NCBI GenBank assembly: GCA_963851265.1
Contig: CAWKNZ010000005.1
Coordinates: forward strand, 32,001 to 96,000
Reading direction: 5' to 3'
Length of the DNA stretch: 64,000 bases
From: an uncultured Gemmatimonadales bacterium
GTDB taxonomy: Bacteria > Gemmatimonadota > Gemmatimonadetes > Gemmatimonadales > Gemmatimonadaceae
Below the pieces are notes generated by a model. The model ran no database searches. It was not told where the DNA came from and saw nothing but the letters and a program-made list of their open reading frames with translations. Positions 1-8,519 of the stretch are shown piece by piece. Within the stretch, counting starts at the first letter, position 1. Each line of letters starts with the position of its first letter. The position numbers were made by a program, and so were the translations under genes.

Positions 1-180
1 GCGTCGCGTGACGCGCGCCACGCGCGCGGCCCGACCGCGCTCACGGCCGCGGTCACGGTGCAGACCTACGTCGCCCATGCCGCGCCCGTACACGCGGCGT
101 CCGAAGCTGCCACCAGACACGCCGGGGCCGGGCAGGAGCGCGTCACGACCACCGCCGCAGGCGGCGAGGTGGTGCCGTGA
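1..180 (+). CDS. pilO: Type IV pilus assembly protein PilO, 3' fragment (runs off window edge)
   Basis: Frame 1 is open to TGA at 178-180 and contains LTAAVTVQTYV, resembling the PilO C-terminal strand. It overlaps the next start (GTGA) and precedes pilP-pilQ. Confidence 0.55.
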   Translation, partial: ASRDARHARGPTALTAAVTVQTYVAHAAPVHAASEAATRHAGAGQERVTTTAAGGEVVP

Positions 181-749
181 ACCGCCGTACCACGCTGTAC
201 GTCGCGGCCCTCGCGGTCGTGGCCGGCGGCGCGGTCGCCGCCCGGGTCGCGTCGGGCGCCGACACCGGCGACGCGACCGCCACGCCAGCTCCGCGCGTCG
301 CCCACACGATGCCGCAAACCACTGCGACCGCGCACGTCGCCGCGCACGTCGCCGCGCACGCCCCCGCCACCCCGCACGCGCGCCACGCCGGCCCGCCCGT
401 CCCGATCGCGCCCGACACCGTGGTCGTCGAGCGCGAGACGTTCGGGTACGCCGGCGACGGCCGCCGCGACCCCTTCCGCTCGCTCATGGTCACCGCCGCG
501 CTGCGGCCGCTGCCGAGCGAGCTGCGCCTCGTTGCCGTCGCGTACGACCCGACCGGCGTCGGCTCCGTCGCGATCCTCCGTGACGGGACCACGCACGCCC
601 AGCACCGCGTCGGTGTTGGCGGCCGCGTCGGCCGCATGCGCGTCGTCCGCATCCGCCCCCGCACGGTCGTCTTCGCCGTCGAGGAGCTCGGGTTCAGCCG
701 CACCGAAGTGGTCACGCTCTCCGATTCCTCCGCCACCAAGCAGCCATGA
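177..749 (+). CDS. pilP: Type IV pilus assembly protein PilP-like
   Basis: N-terminal hydrophobic segment, FGYAGDGRRDPFRSL motif and a beta-rich C-terminus. Lies directly upstream of the secretin with an ATGA overlap. Confidence 0.7.
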   Translation: MNRRTTLYVAALAVVAGGAVAARVASGADTGDATATPAPRVAHTMPQTTATAHVAAHVAAHAPATPHARHAGPPVPIAPDTVVVERETFGYAGDGRRDPFRSLMVTAALRPLPSELRLVAVAYDPTGVGSVAILRDGTTHAQHRVGVGGRVGRMRVVRIRPRTVVFAVEELGFSRTEVVTLSDSSATKQP

Positions 750-2872
750 CGGTCCTCCGATCCCTCCTCACCGCGGCCGTGCTGCACGCCGCGGTCGGCG
801 CCGCCGGTCTCGGGTCGGCGCCGTCAGCGGCGCCGACACTCGCCGGTGCCGCCGCGCTCCCCGCCGCGGGTCCGCCCGACGAAGGGCGCGCGGCCGTCAC
901 CGGCGTGAGCATCACGCCGGGAACGGGCTCCGCTCCCGGCGGAACCACGGTTCACGTCCATGTCGACGGCGCGAGTCAGGTGCAGGACTTCACGCTCGCC
1001 GCACCGCACCGCATCGTGGTTGACCTGTCGGGTGCGACCCTCACGCGCGGCGTCGCCGCGGGTGTCGCGGCCGCGGCCGGCCACGGCGGCGTCGTCGGGG
1101 TGCGCACCTCGCAGTTCCGCGCCGGCGTGGTCCGCGTCGTCGTCGAACTCGATCGCGCGCACGGCTACCACGTCGAGCGCGGCGACGACGGCGTGCGGAT
1201 CGTGGTCGACGGCGCCGGCCCGCGCCCCGGCGCGAGTGCGCGCGCCGCCGACACCGCAGACGCCCCCCTGCGCTTCGCGTCCGCCGACGCCGCATCCGAT
1301 ACCGCGGTGCCGCGCGTCGCGCGTTCCACGCATCGCGCTACCACCCGCCGCGCCGCGCCGCGCCCGACCGTGCCGGCCGTCGACGAGGACGCGCCGCCCG
1401 CGTCCGCGCCGGTCGCGCCCGCCGCGCCGCGCCGCGCCGCGGAGTCCCGTCGCCTGACGGTCACCTATCAGGACGCGGACATCCGCGACGTCATCGCCGC
1501 GTTCGCCGCCTTCTCCGGACGCACCATCATCGCCGGCCGCGACGTCTCGGGCACCGTCACCGCCGAGATCAAGGACCAGCCCTGGGAGGTCGCGCTGCGC
1601 GCCCTTCTCGGCGCCCAGGGCCTAGCCGCGAGCGAGGACCGCTACGGCATCATCACCATCGACAGCTGGCGCAACCTCGCGACTGTCCGCTCGGTCGAGC
1701 CGCTCGCCACGCAGATCGTCGACGTCAATTACGCGAAAGCCTCGGCCCTCGTCCCGGTCGTCCAGTCGCTGCTCTCGCGCGATTGCGCGACCGGCTCGAC
1801 AGGCTCGGCCGGCGCCGCCGCGTCCAGCGCAGGATCCGGCGCCGCCGGCGCCGCGCCGGCCGCAACGCCCGCGGGCTGCATGATCCGCGGCTCCGTCAGC
1901 GCCGACACCGCGACCAACAAGCTCCTCATCACGGACGTCCCCTCGCGCATGGGCGACATGCTCGCCCGCCTGCGCGAGCTCGACGTCCGCACACCGCAGG
2001 TCGCGATCAAGGCGCGCATCGTCTTCGTCAACCGCTCGCGCCTGCAGGACATCGGCGTCTCGTACGACCTCGGCAAGGGGACGCAGCAGTTCTACAACTC
2101 GCTCGTCCCCCGCATCGACCCGTCAACGCGCACCCCGGTCTACGGCTCCGACGGCCGCGTCGTCGGCCTCGGCGGCGGCACGCCCTACAACACCGGCCAG
2201 ATCGCCCTCGGCGGCAACGCGCTCTCCGCGCTCGCCAACGCCGCGACCGCGATGAAGTCGTCCGCGCTCAACCTCATCTACTCGCTCACGCTCGGTCAGT
2301 ACCAGCTCACGGCGTTCGTCAACGCGCTCCAGCAGAACTCGCTCGCCGACATCCAGAGCGAGCCGAGCATCGTGACGCTGAACAACCGGACGGCCGAGAT
2401 CTTCGTGGGGCAGCAAGTGCCCATCCGCGTGATCGACGCCGGGGCGGGCGGCAGCGGCACCGGCGCCTTCCCGCGCGCGACCGTGCGACTCGAGGAAGCC
2501 GGCATCCGCCTCTCGGTGACGCCGCAGGTCACCAACAACCGGCGCATCGTCCTCGACGTGCGCGCGGAGAACTCCAACGCGCAGACCGACAACTCCGACG
2601 TCGGCGTGATCTTCAACCGCCAGCGCGCGGAGAACCGCCTGCTCGTCGGCGACGGCGAGACCGCGGTGATCGGTGGCCTCACGGTCACCCAGCACTCGCG
2701 CACGCGCAGCGGGATCCCGATCCTCGGGAACCTCCCCATCATCGGCGGCCTCTTCGCCCAGACCACATCGTCCGAGACGAAGCAGGACCTGCTCATCCTC
2801 GTCACGCCGCAAATCCTCGACGAGGGCCAGCAGCCGTCCACGCCGATGCCGACGATTCCGCCGCACCGCTGA
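746..2872 (+). CDS. pilQ: Type IV pilus secretin PilQ (AMIN + N domains + secretin)
   Basis: AMIN-like FTLAAPHRIVVDL/VRVVVEL, YQDADIRDVI, PQVAIKARIV, EPSIVTLNN and GETAVIGGL...GIPILGNLPIIGGLF...LLILVTPQI secretin motifs. Confidence 0.93.
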   Translation: MTVLRSLLTAAVLHAAVGAAGLGSAPSAAPTLAGAAALPAAGPPDEGRAAVTGVSITPGTGSAPGGTTVHVHVDGASQVQDFTLAAPHRIVVDLSGATLTRGVAAGVAAAAGHGGVVGVRTSQFRAGVVRVVVELDRAHGYHVERGDDGVRIVVDGAGPRPGASARAADTADAPLRFASADAASDTAVPRVARSTHRATTRRAAPRPTVPAVDEDAPPASAPVAPAAPRRAAESRRLTVTYQDADIRDVIAAFAAFSGRTIIAGRDVSGTVTAEIKDQPWEVALRALLGAQGLAASEDRYGIITIDSWRNLATVRSVEPLATQIVDVNYAKASALVPVVQSLLSRDCATGSTGSAGAAASSAGSGAAGAAPAATPAGCMIRGSVSADTATNKLLITDVPSRMGDMLARLRELDVRTPQVAIKARIVFVNRSRLQDIGVSYDLGKGTQQFYNSLVPRIDPSTRTPVYGSDGRVVGLGGGTPYNTGQIALGGNALSALANAATAMKSSALNLIYSLTLGQYQLTAFVNALQQNSLADIQSEPSIVTLNNRTAEIFVGQQVPIRVIDAGAGGSGTGAFPRATVRLEEAGIRLSVTPQVTNNRRIVLDVRAENSNAQTDNSDVGVIFNRQRAENRLLVGDGETAVIGGLTVTQHSRTRSGIPILGNLPIIGGLFAQTTSSETKQDLLILVTPQILDEGQQPSTPMPTIPPHR

Positions 2873-2877
2873 CCGCC

Positions 2878-5316
2878 ATGCGCCCCCCCCGCCTCCTCGC
2901 GGCCCTGACGTTAGGCGTCGCCCTCGCCGCCTGCGGCTCGCAGTCCGACAGCGTTGCCGGCTTCGTACCCGACAAACAGCCGCCGGTGGTCCGCTTCGAC
3001 ACCACCGTCAAGAACGTCGTCGGCGACTCCGCCGTCTCGTTCACCCTCCTCGCGTCCGACAACCTCGACCTCGACCGCGTCCACCTCGACGTGACTGGCG
3101 GCGTGCAGATGTCCATGGACACCACGCTCTCCCCCGCGACCACGACGCTTTCGCTCGCGATGCGCGTCCCGGTCCCGTCGAGTATCGCCGCGGGCACTCC
3201 CATCTACGTCGTCGCCCGCGTGCGCGACGGCGCGGGCAACGTGAGCACGAGCGACACGCTCCGGCTCTCCGCCGGCAACGTCCGCCCGCCGGCCGCAACG
3301 CTCGTCGCGCCCGCGCCCGCATCGCTCTTCGTCGTCGGCAAGAAGAGCGCGCTCTCCATCGTCGCCACGTCGCCGCTCAAGGTCCGCGCCGCCGGCTACC
3401 GCACGACCGGCCCGTTCACCACGAGCGACTCGGTGCTCTACTCCGGCACCGCGCTCGCCGATTCGGTGGTCCTCACCGATACGCTCACAGTCCCCGCCAA
3501 CGCCCCGGCAGGCGTCCTCACCGTCACACCGTTCGTGATCGACGGCGCCGGCCGCGTCGCGACCGGCGCGCCGGTCCAGTACGCGGTCCAGAGCGTTGCG
3601 ACCAACAACGTCGTCCCGGTGCCGTCGTCGGCCTTCCCGGTACGCCTCGAGGCCGCCGACACGGTCCGCGTCGCGGCCTCCGATCCCACGGGGGTGAAGG
3701 TCCTCGGCTATGAGATCGTCTCGCGCGCCGACACCACGCGTCGCTTCGGCGTCGACTCGGTCGTCCTCGACGGATCGCTCGTCAACGACGCCCGCCGCTT
3801 CACGATCCACCTCCGCCCGGACACCCTGCTCGGCACCGCCGACTCGCTCCCGCTCCGCGTCTACGTGCGCGGGTTCGCGACCAACGCGGGCGGTAGGCGC
3901 GCCACCACGCCACTGGTCGCCAGCGGCAACGCGCCCGACACGGCCGTCGTCGTCGCCGGCACCACCAACCCGCTCCCGCAGGGCGGCCAGCTCGCCGACG
4001 GCGTCTACGTGCCACGCCTCGACCGGCTCTACCTGACCAACCTCGCACTCAATCAGCTCGAGGTGTTCGACCTCGCCGGGCGCCGCTTCCTCACGCCGGT
4101 CCCCGTCGGCTCGCAACCGTGGGGCATCGCGGCCTGGCCGCGCGCCAGCGACGGCAGCTTCGGCGACACGCTCCTGGTCGCCAACTCCGGCGGTACCAAC
4201 GTCAGTTACGTCGACCTCACCAGCTCGGGCTCCGGACGCGAAGTCTACCGGTATCCGTTGCCGAACATCGTCGCCTACTCGGTCACGACCGCGCTCGGCC
4301 CGACGGGCGTGCCGATGCAGCAGCGCACGATGTACGACTTCAGCGACCGCCCGCAGTTCCTCGCGACCACCTGCAGCGGCTCGCCGTCCACCGGCAACGG
4401 GTGCGCGGAACCGATCCTCGTCTACTCCACGACGCCCACGGGCGGTCAGTCGCTGCCGTTCCCCCACGCCGGCACCATCCGGTGGGAGAACCTCGTCCGC
4501 CACTCCTCGCACCTGTTCTTCGAGCAGGCCGTCGGACAGTCGGTCGGGCGCCTCGACACGCTCCTCGTCATGCGCTACGCCGCGGGCGGCGTGGGCAGCG
4601 ACTCGACCCTCGTGCCATACCAGCAGCCCGCCACCGACCTTACCACGGGTGCCGCGTCCACGTACTCGGTCGTGGTCAACCTCTCCAACCTCGGCTTCCG
4701 CGACACCACCTACGTCCGCGGTTCGGGCAACTTCGGCCGAGCCATCTTCGGCGAGGGCGGACCGGTGCTCGGTAGCCGCGCCATATCGTTCGACGCGGCC
4801 CGCGGCCTCGCGCCAGCCGAAACCGACATCTTCACCCGGCACACGTATTCCCTCAGCACGCCGGTCACCGACCTCGGCGTTTCGCCTGCGTTCAACGTCT
4901 CGGACTTCATCGCCAACGCCTACGCCCGCATCGCCGGCGTCGCGATCAACTTCGACGGCTCGCTCGGCGCCATCCGCGGCGACTCCACCTACCTGGTCGA
5001 CCCGAAGCTCCGCCTCCAGGGCCTGCTCCAGACCGACGGCGGCGCGAACACGGGCTTCGACTTCCACCCGCGCAACACGGGCAGCACCTCCGCCGCCGGT
5101 ACCCGCTTCGCCTTCTCGGCGGCGCTGCTTCCGCAGATCGAGATCTACGACACGTACTGCTACCAGCGCGTGCGCACGATCCCGGTGCGCGACCCCATCG
5201 TCGGTCCGATCCGCGCCTCGTTCCGCGCCAACGGCGACCTCGTCCTCGTCGGCGCCACCCGCACGGGTGTGATCGTCGTCTCGGTCCCGCAGCCGATCCG
5301 TTCGAGCTGCTCGTGA
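2878..5316 (+). CDS. Large lipoprotein with Ig-like domains and a probable beta-propeller, function unknown
   Basis: ATG 5 nt after the pilQ stop. Lipobox LAAC, Ig-like signatures (ARVRDGAGNVSTS) and YVTN-like repeats (RLYLTN, PVGSQPWGIA, LLVANSGGTNVS). Confidence 0.75.
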   Translation: MRPPRLLAALTLGVALAACGSQSDSVAGFVPDKQPPVVRFDTTVKNVVGDSAVSFTLLASDNLDLDRVHLDVTGGVQMSMDTTLSPATTTLSLAMRVPVPSSIAAGTPIYVVARVRDGAGNVSTSDTLRLSAGNVRPPAATLVAPAPASLFVVGKKSALSIVATSPLKVRAAGYRTTGPFTTSDSVLYSGTALADSVVLTDTLTVPANAPAGVLTVTPFVIDGAGRVATGAPVQYAVQSVATNNVVPVPSSAFPVRLEAADTVRVAASDPTGVKVLGYEIVSRADTTRRFGVDSVVLDGSLVNDARRFTIHLRPDTLLGTADSLPLRVYVRGFATNAGGRRATTPLVASGNAPDTAVVVAGTTNPLPQGGQLADGVYVPRLDRLYLTNLALNQLEVFDLAGRRFLTPVPVGSQPWGIAAWPRASDGSFGDTLLVANSGGTNVSYVDLTSSGSGREVYRYPLPNIVAYSVTTALGPTGVPMQQRTMYDFSDRPQFLATTCSGSPSTGNGCAEPILVYSTTPTGGQSLPFPHAGTIRWENLVRHSSHLFFEQAVGQSVGRLDTLLVMRYAAGGVGSDSTLVPYQQPATDLTTGAASTYSVVVNLSNLGFRDTTYVRGSGNFGRAIFGEGGPVLGSRAISFDAARGLAPAETDIFTRHTYSLSTPVTDLGVSPAFNVSDFIANAYARIAGVAINFDGSLGAIRGDSTYLVDPKLRLQGLLQTDGGANTGFDFHPRNTGSTSAAGTRFAFSAALLPQIEIYDTYCYQRVRTIPVRDPIVGPIRASFRANGDLVLVGATRTGVIVVSVPQPIRSSCS

Positions 5317-5403
5317 GGTAGGCGAGGCGAGAGCCGCGCGGCACGCCCTACCGTCGTCCAACCGGCGCCCCCCGGTTCGGTCGAGGCCGGGCGTCGCCGC
5401 GAG

Positions 5404-6061
5404 GTGGGCGCGCCCGGCCCCGACCCGCGGGACGCGCGGTGCGCGAACGACGGCGCGGCGTCGCGGCGCGCGTTCTGCCCCGAGTGCGGCCAGGCGCAGC
5501 GCGACGTCCACCGGCCGCTGCGGACCTTCGCGAGCGACCTCCTCGAGTCGCTCACGGGTTGGGACCACAAGATCCCGGCAACGTTCGGCCTGCTCCTCGC
5601 CCGACCCGGCGCACTCACTCGAGAGTTCCTCGGCGGGCGCGAAAGCGGTACCTCTCGCCGCTTCAGCTCTACCTGTTCGCCAGCGCTGGTGTTTCTGGCC
5701 CTCCGGACACCGCTCCCGGGTGGGCAGAACCTCGGCGCGTGACGCACGCGCGCGACCACCACCTCCTCTGGCGCCGCGCGCAACGGTTCTACGCGGAGCA
5801 CGGCGTCTTCGCGTGGCACTCGCATGCCCAGGGCCTGATCGCCATCGCGATCCCACGCGTCGTCCCCGGCTGGGCGCACTCCTCCCAACCGCCTGGACGG
5901 TCGCGTACCTCTGGCTCGCCGCGCGCCGGGTCTACGGCGCGAACGGCGAGTCCGCCAGGCGCACCACGGGCAAGGTCGCAGTGCTGAGTGCGGGTTGTCT
6001 GGTCGGCGTCGGCGTCGGCGTGATCATCACGCTGGTCGCCTCGCTTCTGCTCGCGGGCTGA
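5404..6061 (+). pseudogene. DUF3667 family membrane protein, frameshifted remnant
   Basis: Family motifs are spread over three frames: FCPECGQ...WDHKIPATFGLLLARPGALTREFLGGR, then KRYLSPLQLYLFAS and FYAEHGVFAWHSHA, then YLWLAARRVYG. Confidence 0.7.
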
Positions 6062-6169
6062 CGGTCGCCGCCAGGCGAAGCCCCGCCTCACGGCGCAGCA
6101 AAACGGCCCTGCGAGGGTCGCAAGCGCGATTACCTTCTCTCCCCGCGCTCCCACTCCGCAGCCCAGACG

Positions 6170-7996
6170 ATGCCACAGCTCCGCTTCACCACCGCCGGCG
6201 AGTCCCACGGACAGGCCCTCGTGGCCGTGCTCGAAGGGATCCCCGCCGGCCTGCCGCTCCTCGCGGCCGACGTGGATGCGGAGCTCGCGCGGCGGCAGCA
6301 AGGCTACGGTCGCGGTCGCCGTATGCAGATCGAACGCGACCACGTCGAGTTCCTCGCCGGCGTCCGCGCAGGCGAGACGACGGGCGCGCCGATCGCGATG
6401 CTCGTTCGCAACGCCGACTGGCGCAACTGGGTCGAGATCATGGACCCGGCCCCCCGTCCCGAGGACCAGGCCGGCCCGCGCGCCCGCGCCGTCACCCGCG
6501 TCCGCCCCGGCCATGCCGACCTCGTCGGCCTGCTGAAGTACGACCGCACCGACGCGCGCGACATCCTCGAACGCGCGTCCGCGCGCGAGACGACCGTCCG
6601 CGTCGCGGTCGGCGCCGTCTGCAAGCGTCTCCTCGCCCAGTTCGGGGTCCTCGTTGGCAGCCATCTCGTCCACCTCGGAGGCATCGACGCGACACCCCCA
6701 GCCGAGTGGCCCGCCGACGTCAACGCGGCCGCCGACGGATCACCGCTTCGCACCCTCGACCCGATCGCCGAACAGGCGATGATCACCCGCGTCGACGAAG
6801 CCAAGCGCGCCGGCGACACGCTCGGCGGCATCTGCGAGGTCGTCTGTCAGGGCCTCCCGGTCGGGCTCGGCTCACACGTCGCGTGGGACCGCAAACTCGA
6901 CGGCCGACTCGCCGCCGCCCTGATGTCGATCCCCGCCGTCAAGGGCGTCGAGATCGGCCTCGGCTTCGACGCCGCCCGCCGTCCAGGATCGGCCGTCCAC
7001 GACCACATCATCGGCCACGAGGCGACCGGAACCGCCAACGGAGTCGTGAACGGAACGGCCCACGGCACCCCGCGCCGCGCGAGCAACCGCGCCGGCGGTC
7101 TCGAAGGCGGCATCACCACGGGCGAGCCGCTCGTCCTGCGCGTCGCGATGAAGCCGATCAGCACCCTCATGCGCCCCCTCGGCACCGTCGACGTGCGCAC
7201 GGGCGAGCCTGCGGCCGCCTCGGTCGAACGCAGCGACGTCACCGCCGCGCCGGCCATGGGCGTGATCGCCGAGGCGATGACGGCCTTCGTCCTCGCCCAG
7301 GCCCTGCTCGAGAAATGCGGCGGCGACTCGCTCGGTGAACTGCGCCGCAACCTCGATGGCTACCTCGCCCACGCCGCCACGCGCGTCCCGGCCGGCCCGC
7401 CCTCCTCCATCGCACCCCGGCCCGCAACGCCGCACGTCGCCCTCGTCGGCCTGCCGGGGGCCGGCAAGACCACCGTCGGGCAACTCGCCGCCACCCTGCT
7501 GGACGTGCCGTTCGTCGACTTCGACGCCGAACTCGTCGCCCGCACCGGACGGAGTGTCGCCGAGCAGTTTGCGCGTGACGGCGAGGCGGCCTTCCGCGCC
7601 GCCGAAGTCGCGCTCTCGCGCGAGCTGGCCACGGCCGCGCCGTCCCTGCTCGCTCCCGGCGGTGGCTGGATGACGAACGCCGAAGCCCGCGCGGCGCTGA
7701 GCCCGACGACGCGCACGGTCCACCTGCGCGTGTCCCCAGCCGTCGCCGCCGAACGGCTCGCCCGCGACCCCGTGGTGCGCCCGCTCGTCGGGAACGACGA
7801 CCCGGAAGCCGCACTCGCCGCGCTCCTCGAACGCCGCCGTGCCGCCTACACGGACGCCGACGCGGTCGTCGACACGGACGATCGCTCGCCCGCGCAGGTC
7901 GCTGCCGCCCTCGTCGCGCTCGTGCGCACGTGGTCGACCGCGGCCCCGTCGCCTGCAGCACCGTCCGACACGGTCCCCCCCGGAGTCGCCGCATGA
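6170..7996 (+). CDS. aroC: Chorismate synthase fused in frame to shikimate kinase (AroC-AroK)
   Basis: AroC motifs [21 protein letters not shown] and MKPISTL. No stop before the AroK part: [28 protein letters not shown] and RPL. Confidence 0.92.
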   Translation: MPQLRFTTAGESHGQALVAVLEGIPAGLPLLAADVDAELARRQQGYGRGRRMQIERDHVEFLAGVRAGETTGAPIAMLVRNADWRNWVEIMDPAPRPEDQAGPRARAVTRVRPGHADLVGLLKYDRTDARDILERASARETTVRVAVGAVCKRLLAQFGVLVGSHLVHLGGIDATPPAEWPADVNAAADGSPLRTLDPIAEQAMITRVDEAKRAGDTLGGICEVVCQGLPVGLGSHVAWDRKLDGRLAAALMSIPAVKGVEIGLGFDAARRPGSAVHDHIIGHEATGTANGVVNGTAHGTPRRASNRAGGLEGGITTGEPLVLRVAMKPISTLMRPLGTVDVRTGEPAAASVERSDVTAAPAMGVIAEAMTAFVLAQALLEKCGGDSLGELRRNLDGYLAHAATRVPAGPPSSIAPRPATPHVALVGLPGAGKTTVGQLAATLLDVPFVDFDAELVARTGRSVAEQFARDGEAAFRAAEVALSRELATAAPSLLAPGGGWMTNAEARAALSPTTRTVHLRVSPAVAAERLARDPVVRPLVGNDDPEAALAALLERRRAAYTDADAVVDTDDRSPAQVAAALVALVRTWSTAAPSPAAPSDTVPPGVAA

Positions 7997-8460
7997 GCGC
8001 CAGCGCGTCCGACCCGTCCGACGCGCGCGCCGCCCGCCTCCGCGAACTTCGGGCCCTCGCGGCGAGCGGTGCCACCCCGCAGGAGCTGGCGATCCACCTC
8101 GCCGCACTGGGGTACGACACCGAGCGCGCGAAGGTGCTGCTCGAACACCTCGCCGACGTCGGCGATTCGGACGACCGCGACAGTTCGGCGCCACCCGACG
8201 TCCCGGTGCCGCCAGACGAGACGGACGACCGGCCCGCGCCGGCCCTTCGCGTGTGGGCGCCGTTCGAGCGGGCCCGCTTCTCGCCGGAAGCGTGGGGGCG
8301 GCTCTTGCGCCTCCGCCGCGACGGCATGGGCGACGCCGAGTTCGAGCATGTCGTCGACCGCGCCCTGCTGCAACTCGACGGACCCGTCGGCGTGACCGAG
8401 TTGCGCGCCCTCCTCGGAGACGCGACCGACCCCGCGGAATCGCCGCCGACCGTTCACTGA
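7993..8460 (+). CDS. smg: Smg / DUF494 family protein
   Basis: [23 protein letters not shown]...[10 protein letters not shown] pattern, position just upstream of topA, and ATGA overlap with aroCK. Confidence 0.65.
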   Translation: MSASASDPSDARAARLRELRALAASGATPQELAIHLAALGYDTERAKVLLEHLADVGDSDDRDSSAPPDVPVPPDETDDRPAPALRVWAPFERARFSPEAWGRLLRLRRDGMGDAEFEHVVDRALLQLDGPVGVTELRALLGDATDPAESPPTVH

Positions 8461-8519
8461 GGACCGCTCGCGACTCCGAGCACTCTCGCACTTTTCGCTC
8501 TCCCGAGCGTTTGCCCCCT

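Noticed and set aside
1783..2877. Extended ORF starts from the ORF track (1783 for the lipoprotein, 7839 for topA, 11459 for xerC, 33107 for pgl, 59868 for GH130)
   Set aside because: The extensions overlap real upstream genes and are low-complexity. Downstream starts with signal peptides or stop/start overlaps fit better.
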